A stretch of 64,000 nucleotides of DNA from Bacillota bacterium (GTDB taxonomy: Bacteria > Bacillota > Sulfobacillia > Fermentithermobacillales > Fermentithermobacillaceae), in assembly GCA_040766745.1 (NCBI GenBank), contig JAXGPX010000001.1, positions 187,950 through 251,949 on the forward strand. Direction: 5' to 3'. This document shows positions 35,732-45,292 of the stretch, piece by piece. Position 1 is the stretch's first letter, and each line of letters opens with the position of its first letter. The position numbers were made by a program, and so were the translations under genes. Below the pieces are notes generated by a model. It had not been told where the DNA came from and searched no databases. It worked only from the letters and a program-made list of their open reading frames with translations.

Positions 35732-36532
35732 ATGGGCCGGAAGATATCCAAGTATGTTGAAGTATTCAAGGTAGGCCTGCTTTCAAGGCTTGCCTATGTC
35801 TACGACGTGATATTCAGGCAGCTATTCCTGGTAATCGTCATGTATGTATTCGCCCAGCTTTGGCAGACCACCTACGCCTGGGAAGGTACAGCTGATATCT
35901 CCGGATTCACAATGAAGCAGATGATATGGTATTTGGCCCTGGCCGAGAGCATGGTTATGGGTATGCCTGCAGTAGGGAAGACCATCGACGAAGAGGTCAA
36001 ATCCGGTTCGCTTGCCTATAGCCTGAGCAGGCCTTACAACTATGGCCTGTTTCATTATGCAGGATATATGGCAGAGGTTTCCTTTCGTTTTCTGCTCAAT
36101 CTGCTGATTGCCGGCTCTGTGGCCTGGGCTATTGTCGGCCCGCCGGTTTTTTCTGCCGGCACTTTTTTGGCTGGACTACTGTGTGTGATAATCGGCTTCA
36201 CCATAGATTTCGGTGTACAGTTTGGCATAGGTCTTGGGGCCTTTTGGGTTGAAGATACCTGGGCTTTCCGGTTTCTCTACACGCGAATCGTCATGATCTT
36301 TGGCGGGATGATGCTTCCTTTGGATATTCTCCCTGATGCGGTTAGGCAAGTGGCTCGAGCACTTCCCACCAGCTTGATTGTTTACGGGCCGGTGCGTACC
36401 TTCATCTCGTTTTCGCCAGGCGAATGGGCAATTTTGGTGGGAAAACAAGTCGTGTGGTTGACGGTAGTAGTCTTCGTGGTCAAATTGGTTTTCAAGACTG
36501 GAGTGAAACAGGTTAATGTTCACGGAGGATAG
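35732..36532 (+). CDS. ABC-2-type transporter permease
   Basis: Six-TM hydrophobic protein immediately downstream of the ATPase gene. Confidence 0.6.
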   Translation: MGRKISKYVEVFKVGLLSRLAYVYDVIFRQLFLVIVMYVFAQLWQTTYAWEGTADISGFTMKQMIWYLALAESMVMGMPAVGKTIDEEVKSGSLAYSLSRPYNYGLFHYAGYMAEVSFRFLLNLLIAGSVAWAIVGPPVFSAGTFLAGLLCVIIGFTIDFGVQFGIGLGAFWVEDTWAFRFLYTRIVMIFGGMMLPLDILPDAVRQVARALPTSLIVYGPVRTFISFSPGEWAILVGKQVVWLTVVVFVVKLVFKTGVKQVNVHGG

Positions 36533-37334
36533 GAAGGGGGTGGCTGCCCTGGCCAGATATGTTTCATTTGTTTGGGAATACATGAAGGTAAACATGGCCA
36601 TGGAAATGGAGTACCGGGCTGCCTTCTTGGCACGTATGTTCGGCATGATCGTTAACGATTGCATGTGGCTTTGTTTCTGGGTAATGTATTTTACCCGATT
36701 TCCCGTAGTGCAAGGATGGACGAAGAATGATGTGATTACCCTGTGGGCAATATGCGGGATAGGGTATGGGTTGGCCGCAGGAATTTTCGGTAACGCATTG
36801 CGCCTCGCGGGCATCATATCCTCGGGCAATTTGGATTTTTACCTGAGTTATCCGAAGAATGTGCTTATTCATGCCTTGTGCAGCCGAGTTGACGTGTCTG
36901 GCCTGGGCGATGTGTTGTTCGGCCCCCTGGTGTTCATTTTGCTGGCCAGGCCGTCTTTGCATGCGACTGTCTTATTCTTGGTGTCAGGAATCCTGGTTGC
37001 GTGTATCTTCACAGGTTTTTCTGTGCTGGCAGGGTCACTCGCCTTTTTTATCGGTAATTCAGAGAACGTGGCGGCACAAGTTTTCAACTCACTGATTCAC
37101 TTTTCTACATACCCGTCAGTTATTTTCCACGGCACAATCAAAGTGGTGCTCTTTACCCTGATACCCGCAGGGTTCATAAACTCGGTGCCGGTGAAGGTTG
37201 TGCGTGACTTCGATCCGTTATTCTTCCTCGGTCTCATATGTGCGTCGATTTTCTTCCTGTCTGCAGCCAACTACGTATTCAACCTGGGACTCAGGCGCTA
37301 CGAGTCGGGGAATCTGGTGCAAGCAAGGATGTAG
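36516..37334 (+). CDS. ABC-2-type transporter permease (second subunit)
   Basis: Polytopic membrane protein overlapping the previous permease by 17 nt. Forms a three-gene ABC operon. Confidence 0.6.
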   Translation: MFTEDRKGVAALARYVSFVWEYMKVNMAMEMEYRAAFLARMFGMIVNDCMWLCFWVMYFTRFPVVQGWTKNDVITLWAICGIGYGLAAGIFGNALRLAGIISSGNLDFYLSYPKNVLIHALCSRVDVSGLGDVLFGPLVFILLARPSLHATVLFLVSGILVACIFTGFSVLAGSLAFFIGNSENVAAQVFNSLIHFSTYPSVIFHGTIKVVLFTLIPAGFINSVPVKVVRDFDPLFFLGLICASIFFLSAANYVFNLGLRRYESGNLVQARM

Positions 37335-38409
37335 TGTTACCTTGGCTACCTTGAAATCCTGACCCAAATCAATTCTTCTGAGCGAGGTGCAGGCGCATGA
37401 AAGAGAAAACTTTCAAAAAGCCCATGTTTCAATTCGCGTAGAGGTTTGCAGTTTTGCACACGGTTACCTATTTGATATTTGGCATATTGTTTATGCTCCT
37501 CACTGACTATTTCGGAGTCTTTGCCAGGGATCCCCTTCTAAGCGCTGTCATGAAACCTTCAGATGCACTGTCTGTAAGACTCGCTGCGCCGGTCCAGATT
37601 TCGGATCTAGCCATGTCAAGCCTGTACTTGCCTGTTGGAATGGCACTGTATGGCCAATTGTGTAAATAGACACATTTGGTTGAGTTGTGCGACGCAAGTA
37701 GTCTATATCTATTGTGGAAGATATGTGGAACCGGTAATGCTTGTTGGCTTGGTATTTGAATTAACCACATGTTAAGAAAGGAGAAGACATGGGTGTATTG
37801 CTAGAGAAGGTTACGGGCCTGTATAAGATGGGAGCTATCAAGAGGAGCATAGCAGTCTGGCTTGGATTTCAAGTCGCTCTATGTCGCTGGCACATTCCCG
37901 GCAAAACAGTGGTCTGAGGTGAGGAAGTTAAAAGACATAGTATTTAGCGCACCAGAGAAAATGCTGTTTGGCGCAAGCCTGATCTTGCTCGTAGTATCTG
38001 CATATGTAGAGGCATTCCTCATAATCTTGATATAGAGTCCTCCCATCGCGTTCTCGCAGAGGATTGCACTGCCCTGACCTCAGAGCGACAATCCTCATGT
38101 CAGAATGTTACATTACTTTTCTGTTTCTCATGTGTTCTTGTCGAATTGGCACCTTATCTGCCGAGGCCATACATGGAACTAATCTACAGTGGGCAAAGTA
38201 ACTGAGGCATGGCCAAAGTTGGTTCGCATGTTAACTAAAGTGGGGTTTAGCTGGTCTCTGTTGTTACAGGGGACTTACATTTTGCCGTGTGTCCTGAGAA
38301 AGTTTTCACAATCACAAAATTTCTAATGGAACCATAAAACGCTAGACCTTATAATAGACAAGTGGTAAATTTATAGGCGAGGCAAAAGCTTCAGAAAGGA
38401 AGAGGGGAT

Positions 38410-39498
38410 ATGAAAAGAGCGCTACCTGTTTTGCTTGTACTTATGTTAGTTCTGGTTTCCATAGCAGGCTGTACACCCAAAGAGCCCCCGGCACCTGTAG
38501 AACCCGCTGCGCCTACTATTGCCAAGATAGGCCTTGGACATGTCACTAGCATTGCTAAATCAAAAGATCTTACAGTCGGGGAAGATGGGACTGTTACGCC
38601 TCCGGCGGCTCAGGTAGATACAGTGTTTGCAGGGGTTGCTTTCGACAAAGACGGTAAAGTCCTAAAGGTGTCCATCGATACTGCTCAGACAAAGGTCAAC
38701 TACGACAAGGATCTTAAGGTTACCTCTGATCTGTCTGCCCCTGGCAAGACCAAGGTCGAACTTGGAGCGGACTACGGTATGAAGAAGGTTTCAACAATCG
38801 GCAAGGAATGGTACGAGCAGATTGCCGAACTCGAGAAATGGATGATTGGGAAGACTGTAGACGAAATTAAGGGTATGAAAGTCAAGGAGCGCGACGCTTC
38901 ACATCCGTCAGTACCTGATGTACCGGAACTTACTTCTCTTGTTACCATTACTGTTCAGGATTATCTTGCTGCCGTTGAGGAAGCCCACAAGAACGCAGTT
39001 GAGGTTCCTGAAGGAGCTGTAAAACTAGGCCTTGGAAGCGAAATATCCATTGCCAAGTCCAGAGGTTATTCTCAGGCTGATGGAAAAGAGACCCTTCCCC
39101 AGGCCCAGGTAGATACAACTATCGCTGTCAGCGCTTTTGACAAAGACGGCAAGGTTGTACGTAACATTATCGACGTTGTGCAGACCAGAGTTGCCTACGA
39201 TAAAGAGGGCAAAGTAACCTCAGACAAGACTGCCGAGATTAAGAGCAAGGTAGAACTTGGCGAAGAATACGGCATGAAGAAGGTATCCACCATAGGCAAG
39301 GAATGGTTCGAGCAAATTGCCGAACTGGAGAAATGGATGGCAGGCAAGACCGTAGCCGAGATCAAGGCTATGAAGGTCAAAGAGCGTGACGCTTCTCACC
39401 CGTCAGTACCTGATGTGCCAGAGCTTACTTCCACTGTAACCATTACTGTACAGGACTACATTGCTGCTGTCGCCAAGTCTTTTGACAACGCCAAGTAG
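38410..39498 (+). CDS. Lipoprotein of unknown function built from two tandem copies of a ~165-aa module
   Basis: Signal peptide plus lipobox (SIAGC). The two halves align end to end. Their C-terminal 55 aa (YGMKKVSTIGKEW[Y/F]EQIAELEKWM.GKTV.EIK.MKVKERDASHPSVPDVPELTS) are nearly identical in protein but differ at many synonymous DNA positions. Confidence 0.7.
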   Translation: MKRALPVLLVLMLVLVSIAGCTPKEPPAPVEPAAPTIAKIGLGHVTSIAKSKDLTVGEDGTVTPPAAQVDTVFAGVAFDKDGKVLKVSIDTAQTKVNYDKDLKVTSDLSAPGKTKVELGADYGMKKVSTIGKEWYEQIAELEKWMIGKTVDEIKGMKVKERDASHPSVPDVPELTSLVTITVQDYLAAVEEAHKNAVEVPEGAVKLGLGSEISIAKSRGYSQADGKETLPQAQVDTTIAVSAFDKDGKVVRNIIDVVQTRVAYDKEGKVTSDKTAEIKSKVELGEEYGMKKVSTIGKEWFEQIAELEKWMAGKTVAEIKAMKVKERDASHPSVPDVPELTSTVTITVQDYIAAVAKSFDNAK

Positions 39499-39637
39499 TA
39501 CCTGGCTCAGAAAATAGATTTTCAGGTACTCCCCCGTCATCAGATGGGGGAGTACTATGTAGTCCCTGAAGTCCTAATTATGTACTCACGGGAGAAAGGG
39601 TATTGTAACTATGATGTTTATTCGCTTAACATAAAGA

Positions 39638-40774
39638 GTGGTGATAAAAGTGATAAAGACAGATTCGAAATCTTTCCTGAGGCTGATAAGCTTATTTGTG
39701 GCCGTCGCCATATCTGCTTCTATTAGCGGATGTCAATTGCTAAATACCCGAACCAGATACACTACTCCGGTACATTACACAGATAGTTTTTTCAATACGT
39801 TTGACACTATAGTCACTTTGGTTGCGTATACCGAGAACGAAGACGAATTTGACACGTATTATAAAAGGGTTTACACACGTATGCATGAGTTTCACCGGTT
39901 ATATGACATATACAACGACTACGAAGGTGTAAATAACATTAAGACAATAAACGACAATGCAGGTGTGAAACCGGTTAAAGTAAATCAAGAGATAATAGAC
40001 CTGATTCTCTTTTCAAAAGATTGGTACCGTCGCACCGGTGGAAAGGTGAACATTGCCATGGGTGCGGTGTTACGCATATGGCACGAGTACCGGCAGGAAG
40101 GACTTGATGATCCCGCCAGTGCCAAGTTACCTCCTATGGAAACCCTTCAAGAAGCTGCTAAACACACTGATATTGACAAGGTTGTTGTAGACACTGTAAA
40201 CAATACAGTGTACCTGGATGACAAAGAGATGAGGCTGGATGTCGGTGCTGTGGCCAAAGGTTACGCAACTGAAATGGTGGCCCAGGAGATAATGGCCATG
40301 GGGCTCAAATCAGGTATGCTAAGTTCAGGCGGCAACATACGGGCAATAGGGAAACCTCTCGACGGTTTGCGCGCACGCTGGGGCGTAGGTGTACAAGATC
40401 CCAGGCAGTCAATAGTATCTGAACAGGGCCTTCTTGACGTTCTCTATTTCAACGATGGGTCAGCAGCAAGCAGCGGGGATTACCAGAGGTATTACACTGT
40501 AGAAGGTAAGCGGTACCACCACATCATTGACCCTGAGACTCTTATGCCGGCAGAATACTACCGTGCAGTGACCGTGGTGACGGAGGACTCTGGGGTTGCC
40601 GATTTCATGTCAACAACCTTGTTTCTGCTGCCCTATACTGAAGGCAAGTCACTGGTGGATGATCTTGACGGGGTAGAAGCGTTATGGGTGATGGTTGACG
40701 GGAAAATAGAGGCCTCAGACGGTATGAAACTCATTATGAAAAGCCAAGGAGCTACAGGGAAAGAGCCTAAATAA
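39638..40774 (+). CDS. apbE: FAD:protein FMN transferase (ApbE family), made as a lipoprotein
   Basis: Lipobox ISGC. ApbE motifs (RLDVGAVAKGYATE, GMLSSGGNIRAIG). Confidence 0.8.
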   Translation: MVIKVIKTDSKSFLRLISLFVAVAISASISGCQLLNTRTRYTTPVHYTDSFFNTFDTIVTLVAYTENEDEFDTYYKRVYTRMHEFHRLYDIYNDYEGVNNIKTINDNAGVKPVKVNQEIIDLILFSKDWYRRTGGKVNIAMGAVLRIWHEYRQEGLDDPASAKLPPMETLQEAAKHTDIDKVVVDTVNNTVYLDDKEMRLDVGAVAKGYATEMVAQEIMAMGLKSGMLSSGGNIRAIGKPLDGLRARWGVGVQDPRQSIVSEQGLLDVLYFNDGSAASSGDYQRYYTVEGKRYHHIIDPETLMPAEYYRAVTVVTEDSGVADFMSTTLFLLPYTEGKSLVDDLDGVEALWVMVDGKIEASDGMKLIMKSQGATGKEPK

Positions 40775-40813
40775 CTTAAGGGGCACTGAACCTAATGGTG
40801 CCGGCGAAAAAGG

Positions 40814-41866
40814 CTAGAGAGTTAATTCCCATATGCCTAATTCCGAGGTTCTTCCTGATGCGCCTACTTGCAGGCTGAACCCCTCTGAGATCAGAATGTC
40901 TATGGCGCTTTCTTGATGTTTTCCAAGGTGCATGAAAATCTCAATGCTGTAGTCCTGGTATCCTTCTTTGCGAAGTTCTTGGCCCCGGCGATATGCTTCT
41001 TGCTTGAAGAATCGTGCGATTGCCGCTACGCCTCTATCTTCACCGTATATGGCTCCTGTATGGAATGTTACCTTAACTGCTTTATCAGACTCTTTAGGTT
41101 CATCAACCCAGGGGTTGGCTGCAAAAGCTGCTGCCAACATTGTTTCAGGCAGCATGGCATTATCAGTCTTCTTGCTTTGCTGCTGTCTGACGGCTACGTA
41201 CACTGTTTCGTCTTCATGCGTCGTATTCAGACTTTCCACAGTCAGCGGACGCCATATGAAATCCGAGCCGACAAAGCGTACGTGTTTTGCACCCAACTGA
41301 TAAATATGGCCTGCGTCATGGGGATAGGCCTTGCGGACCAAAATACTTTGCGCCTGCATTTCGGCGTTTCCGTTGCTGCATTCTTGGGTTTTGCAGTGAC
41401 AAGCTGCAACGCCTGCTCTTTCAGAAGAATCGGACGGATGAAATCTTAAGTGCAGCTCTACTAGGGAATCTTTCAACTTGAATCCGACTGATTTTGCAAG
41501 TGATTGAGAGGCAAGGTTATCAGCATCAATTGCCGCGTAAGCGATTTTCGCTTGTCTGTTCCTGGCACCAACAATGGAAGTCTCTGTGAGTAGCTTGCCA
41601 ATGCCGAGTTTCCTGTATTCATGATGCACTCTGATTCCCTCAAACCACACATGGCTACCGGAGAGATAACGTACATGGGTTACGCCTACCGGCCTGCCGC
41701 CTAGATCGGCTACCCATACGTCGCCGTCTGCCTCAATCCAGCCGGCAACTTCCTCGGATACGTAATCACCCCATTCAAATGTGTTACGTGTAAATTCTTG
41801 TATGTACGGTATATCGGCGGCTGCCGCTTTCCTAATCACTACTTGATTCACGTGTAAAGCCTCCAT
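40814..41866 (-). CDS. GNAT-family N-acetyltransferase domain protein with a ~200-aa C-terminal extension of unknown function
   Basis: N-terminal GNAT core (IRVHHEYRKLGIGKLLTETSIVGA). The remainder is uncharacterised. Confidence 0.55.
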   Translation of the reverse strand: MEALHVNQVVIRKAAAADIPYIQEFTRNTFEWGDYVSEEVAGWIEADGDVWVADLGGRPVGVTHVRYLSGSHVWFEGIRVHHEYRKLGIGKLLTETSIVGARNRQAKIAYAAIDADNLASQSLAKSVGFKLKDSLVELHLRFHPSDSSERAGVAACHCKTQECSNGNAEMQAQSILVRKAYPHDAGHIYQLGAKHVRFVGSDFIWRPLTVESLNTTHEDETVYVAVRQQQSKKTDNAMLPETMLAAAFAANPWVDEPKESDKAVKVTFHTGAIYGEDRGVAAIARFFKQEAYRRGQELRKEGYQDYSIEIFMHLGKHQESAIDILISEGFSLQVGASGRTSELGIWELTL

Positions 41867-42087
41867 CAGTCCTGGTTACCAGGCGCACCTGGTTTGGCGT
41901 GGGTGCTAGAGCTTGCTCTATATTCCCGCCTCAGCACAGTGTTTGTGTCACCAGTGAATATACCCCATATATACCACCAAATCGATAGACAAGGCCATAA
42001 TCCCAGACAACAGACTTCAAACATCAAATATTCTGAACTAATGAAAACGGTAAAGAAGGATTTTCGAACAGACCGTCGAATAATATG

Positions 42088-42141
42088 AACTACCTGAAGG
42101 TAGACAACTGCCTGAAGAGTATGAATTGCCTGAAAGGTAGG
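42088..42141 (+). promoter_or_regulatory. Three phased 18-bp direct repeats (aaCTaCCTGAAGgtAg / aaCTgCCTGAAGagTA / aaTTgCCTGAAAggTAg) directly upstream of the RBS of the first gene of the membrane-protein operon
   Basis: Read directly at 42088-42141. The repeats are in phase with a possible 19-codon ORF (42085-42144, MNYLKVDNCLKSMNCLKGR) that lacks a convincing SD. Confidence 0.5.
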
Positions 42142-42149
42142 TGAACATT

Positions 42150-42923
42150 ATGACCATCGCAAAAGGACAGGTGTTTTCGACCATCACTTTGATCATCTAT
42201 TGTGCAGCTATCTTGATGATGATCTCCAGGGCTCGAAAAGGCATTAAGATCCCTGAACTGTATCAGGTTCCGGGACTGGATGCCCTCGATGAAGCCATCG
42301 GGCGTTGCACAGAGATGGGGCGGCCAGTTCACTTCTCACCGGGAATTGGGGGTGTTGATAACGCCCAGACCCTGGCGGCGCTGTCGATTCTTGGCTATGT
42401 AGCTCGCCAGTGCGCCAAGTACGACACTGACCTTATTGCTACTAACAGGATCACTGTGGTTTACCCTATAGCGGAAGAAATCGTAAAACAGGCTTTCATC
42501 GAGGAAGGGAAAGCTGGGAATTTCCAGCCGGAAAACGTCCGTTTCATTTCGGAAGACCAGTTTGCTTACGCAACGGGTGTAACCGGTATCATGCATCGCG
42601 AGAAGCCTGCAGCTAACCTGCTTCTTGGTGCTTTCTGGGCGGAGTCTCTTATCTTCGCTGAGGTAGGCGCTACTGCTGGAGCGATTCAGATTGCAGGTAC
42701 TGCCAACACGCACCAGATCCCCTTCTTTGTAGCAGCATGTGACTATGCTCTAATAGGCGAAGAGTTGTATGCTGCAAGTGCGTACCTCACGAAAGAGCCT
42801 ATCCTCATGGGCAGCCTTGTTGTTCAGGACTGGGGTAAGATGTTTGCAGCCGCCGCTATTATTATTGGCACTCTTCTGCAAACGGCAGGCGTGACCGCTC
42901 TAAAAGACATTATGGCCAAGTAG
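42150..42923 (+). CDS. Uncharacterised membrane-anchored protein (N-terminal TM, C-terminal hydrophobic region); first gene of a four-gene operon
   Basis: ORF 42141..42923. ATG 42150 preferred because AAAGGTAGGTG lies 6 nt upstream. No recognised domain. Confidence 0.55.
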   Translation: MTIAKGQVFSTITLIIYCAAILMMISRARKGIKIPELYQVPGLDALDEAIGRCTEMGRPVHFSPGIGGVDNAQTLAALSILGYVARQCAKYDTDLIATNRITVVYPIAEEIVKQAFIEEGKAGNFQPENVRFISEDQFAYATGVTGIMHREKPAANLLLGAFWAESLIFAEVGATAGAIQIAGTANTHQIPFFVAACDYALIGEELYAASAYLTKEPILMGSLVVQDWGKMFAAAAIIIGTLLQTAGVTALKDIMAK

Positions 42924-42995
42924 GTATGGTATCAACCACTATTGTTTTGAGATTAGTTCACATTGAAAGTGTTCCTATGAGAGGGGGGACAACTG

Positions 42996-43631
42996 TTGAA
43001 AAAGGAATTTCCAGTATTGATTGGGCTTCTCTTTGGCTTGTTCGTCATAATCGCCGTGTTTGTATCCGGTGTTCCAGGCCTTACTGAATGGAAAGACACA
43101 GTGGACGACTGGTTCTTGATGGCTTCGGCATGGGCAGTTGCAGTAGGCGTAGTTAACCTGACCCAGATTCATGGCAGGCGGGTTCAAATGAAGCGCGAGG
43201 GCTATGCATATAGTATATGGCTCATGGTTTGCATGTTTGGCATGGCATTCTTTGGTATCTTCATAGCCAAGAATGCAAATCACGCAGGCTGGAAGTTTAT
43301 GTACAACCAGTTAATCGCGCCAATGAACGCAACGGTTTACTCAACCCTGGTGTTCTATATCGGTGCAGCCGCTTACAGAGCCTTTAGGGTAAGAAACCTG
43401 GAAGCCAGCGTTCTTCTGGTCGCAGCTGTTCTCATGATGCTCGGCCGGGTGCCTCTGGGTAAGGTTCTTCTTGGCGATTGGGTCGGCGAGGCAGCCGACT
43501 GGATTCTCAACGTACCCAACTCTGCAGGTATGAGAGGAATTCAGATCGGCGCTACCCTGGGCGGTATTGCTACTGCTTTGAGGATTCTTGTTGGAATTGA
43601 GCGTGGCCACCTTGGTGGTACCGGTGAATGA
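42996..43631 (+). CDS. Uncharacterised polytopic membrane protein (211 aa)
   Basis: ORF with five to six hydrophobic helices, tightly linked in the operon. Confidence 0.5.
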   Translation: MKKEFPVLIGLLFGLFVIIAVFVSGVPGLTEWKDTVDDWFLMASAWAVAVGVVNLTQIHGRRVQMKREGYAYSIWLMVCMFGMAFFGIFIAKNANHAGWKFMYNQLIAPMNATVYSTLVFYIGAAAYRAFRVRNLEASVLLVAAVLMMLGRVPLGKVLLGDWVGEAADWILNVPNSAGMRGIQIGATLGGIATALRILVGIERGHLGGTGE

Positions 43632-43664
43632 TATCCGACTTCATGATAAGGGAGGTGAATCATA

Positions 43665-44483
43665 GTGTGGCAAAAACTGGCTAACATTGACAGGCGGGTT
43701 ATCTACGCTCTAATGATACTTGTAATTGCACTGTCGCTCATAAAGCCCGTAGGGCTTGCTATTGTACCGTCTCCAGAGACCAAGAGAGTATACGAATTTG
43801 TCGACTCTTTGCCTTCAGGCAGCATTGTGTATCTTGGTTTCGACCACTCTGCAGGGGGAATTCCTGAACTTATGCCTGCGGCCCAGTCGTTGGTTAGGCA
43901 GGGGTTCAGGAAAGATCTTCGCTTTGTATGCGCAGGTATGTGGGTTATGGCCGGAGATATGGCTGACACAGCCTTTTCCATTGCTAAAAATGAGTTTCCT
44001 GAGAAGGAATACGGTGTCGACTGGGTCAATGTAGGGTACAAACCCGGAGGCGAGGTATTGCTTCAGAAGATGCTTTCAAGCATTTACGATGCGGCTGTAG
44101 GGGTTGACCATTACGGCAATGACCTGAAAACTTTGCCCCTTATGGCCGAAGTTCCGACCATTAAGGATGCAGATGCGATATTCATATTTGTTACCGGTAC
44201 TCCCGGTGAGAAGGAATATATCAGGCACGTAACCTCACCTCATAACATCCCCTTCATAGTGTCTACTGTATCAGTAAGTGTGCCTGAACTGATGCCGTTG
44301 ATCCAGTCACGCCAGGTTTTGGCAGGAGTGCTCGGAATGAAGGGTGCAGCCGAGTATGAGGTTTTGGTTGGAAATCCCGGCAGCGCAACAGCGGGTATGG
44401 ACGCACAGTCGTTTTCCCACGCATTGATTATCTTGTTTATTATTCTTGGAAACCTGGGTTATATCTTGACCCGTGAGAAATAA
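43665..44483 (+). CDS. Uncharacterised protein with N- and C-terminal TM helices flanking a ~200-aa soluble domain
   Basis: ORF with an RBS (GGGAGGTG) upstream. No recognised domain. Confidence 0.5.
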   Translation: MWQKLANIDRRVIYALMILVIALSLIKPVGLAIVPSPETKRVYEFVDSLPSGSIVYLGFDHSAGGIPELMPAAQSLVRQGFRKDLRFVCAGMWVMAGDMADTAFSIAKNEFPEKEYGVDWVNVGYKPGGEVLLQKMLSSIYDAAVGVDHYGNDLKTLPLMAEVPTIKDADAIFIFVTGTPGEKEYIRHVTSPHNIPFIVSTVSVSVPELMPLIQSRQVLAGVLGMKGAAEYEVLVGNPGSATAGMDAQSFSHALIILFIILGNLGYILTREK

Positions 44484-44523
44484 CGCAAGCTTGGCCGTAA
44501 CGGCTGACAGGAGGTGAAAAACA

Positions 44524-45144
44524 GTGGATCTATTCGGTACCTGGCTTCAGGCTGTATTTACGATACTGCTGCTTTCAGTAGTATTTAAAGATAACCCAGC
44601 TTACCGTTTTGCCGAGAACACTTATGTTGGCCTGTATGCCGGCTACACCGTGGCGGTACAGTGGTTCAACTATATAAGGCCGAGCTTTCAGTTGAAGATT
44701 ATGCAAGAAGGCAAATGGTGGTATATTGTTCCCATCATTGTCGGCCTTATGATTTACACAAGGTATATAAAGCCCATTGCATGGGTCAGCCGGTATCACA
44801 TCTGCTTCCTATTGGGAATCGGATCCGGTTATATCTTGTCGACGACATTTAAGCCTATGTTTATCGACCAGATTAGGGCTACCTTCCTGCCCCTTTGGGT
44901 TGCAGGTGATTGGTGGAAGAGCGTTTCCAACATCATCTATGTTGTCGGCACCTTTTCGGCTCTAGTGTACTTCTTGTTTACCCTTGAGAAGAAGGGTGTC
45001 CAAGGTAAGATATCCGGCATGGGACGTTGGGTTATGATGGTAGCTTTCGGAGCAGCATTCGGCAACACTGTGATGGCCCGTGTATCATTGTTCCTTGGCA
45101 GAATGCAGTTTTTGCTGGGTGACTGGTTGAACATGATTAAGTAG
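44524..45144 (+). CDS. Uncharacterised polytopic membrane protein (206 aa)
   Basis: ORF with GGAGGTG upstream and multiple hydrophobic helices. Last gene of the operon. Confidence 0.5.
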   Translation: MDLFGTWLQAVFTILLLSVVFKDNPAYRFAENTYVGLYAGYTVAVQWFNYIRPSFQLKIMQEGKWWYIVPIIVGLMIYTRYIKPIAWVSRYHICFLLGIGSGYILSTTFKPMFIDQIRATFLPLWVAGDWWKSVSNIIYVVGTFSALVYFLFTLEKKGVQGKISGMGRWVMMVAFGAAFGNTVMARVSLFLGRMQFLLGDWLNMIK

Positions 45145-45292
45145 CCTAACGGCATTCTTCGGATCTGCATTAATTGGAAAACATGCGAATGAGGCAGCGG
45201 AGCAATCCGCTGCCTCATTTTGCGGTAATATTCAACGTCCAAACAATGCGGGTAAGACCCCATGGCAGATGCCGGGAAAGAGCCAAAAATCA

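Noticed and set aside
40913-41481. Plus-strand ORFs (178, 110 and 64 aa) opposite the GNAT gene
   Set aside because: They are antisense to an ORF with a clear GNAT motif and show Cys/Phe-rich nonsense composition.
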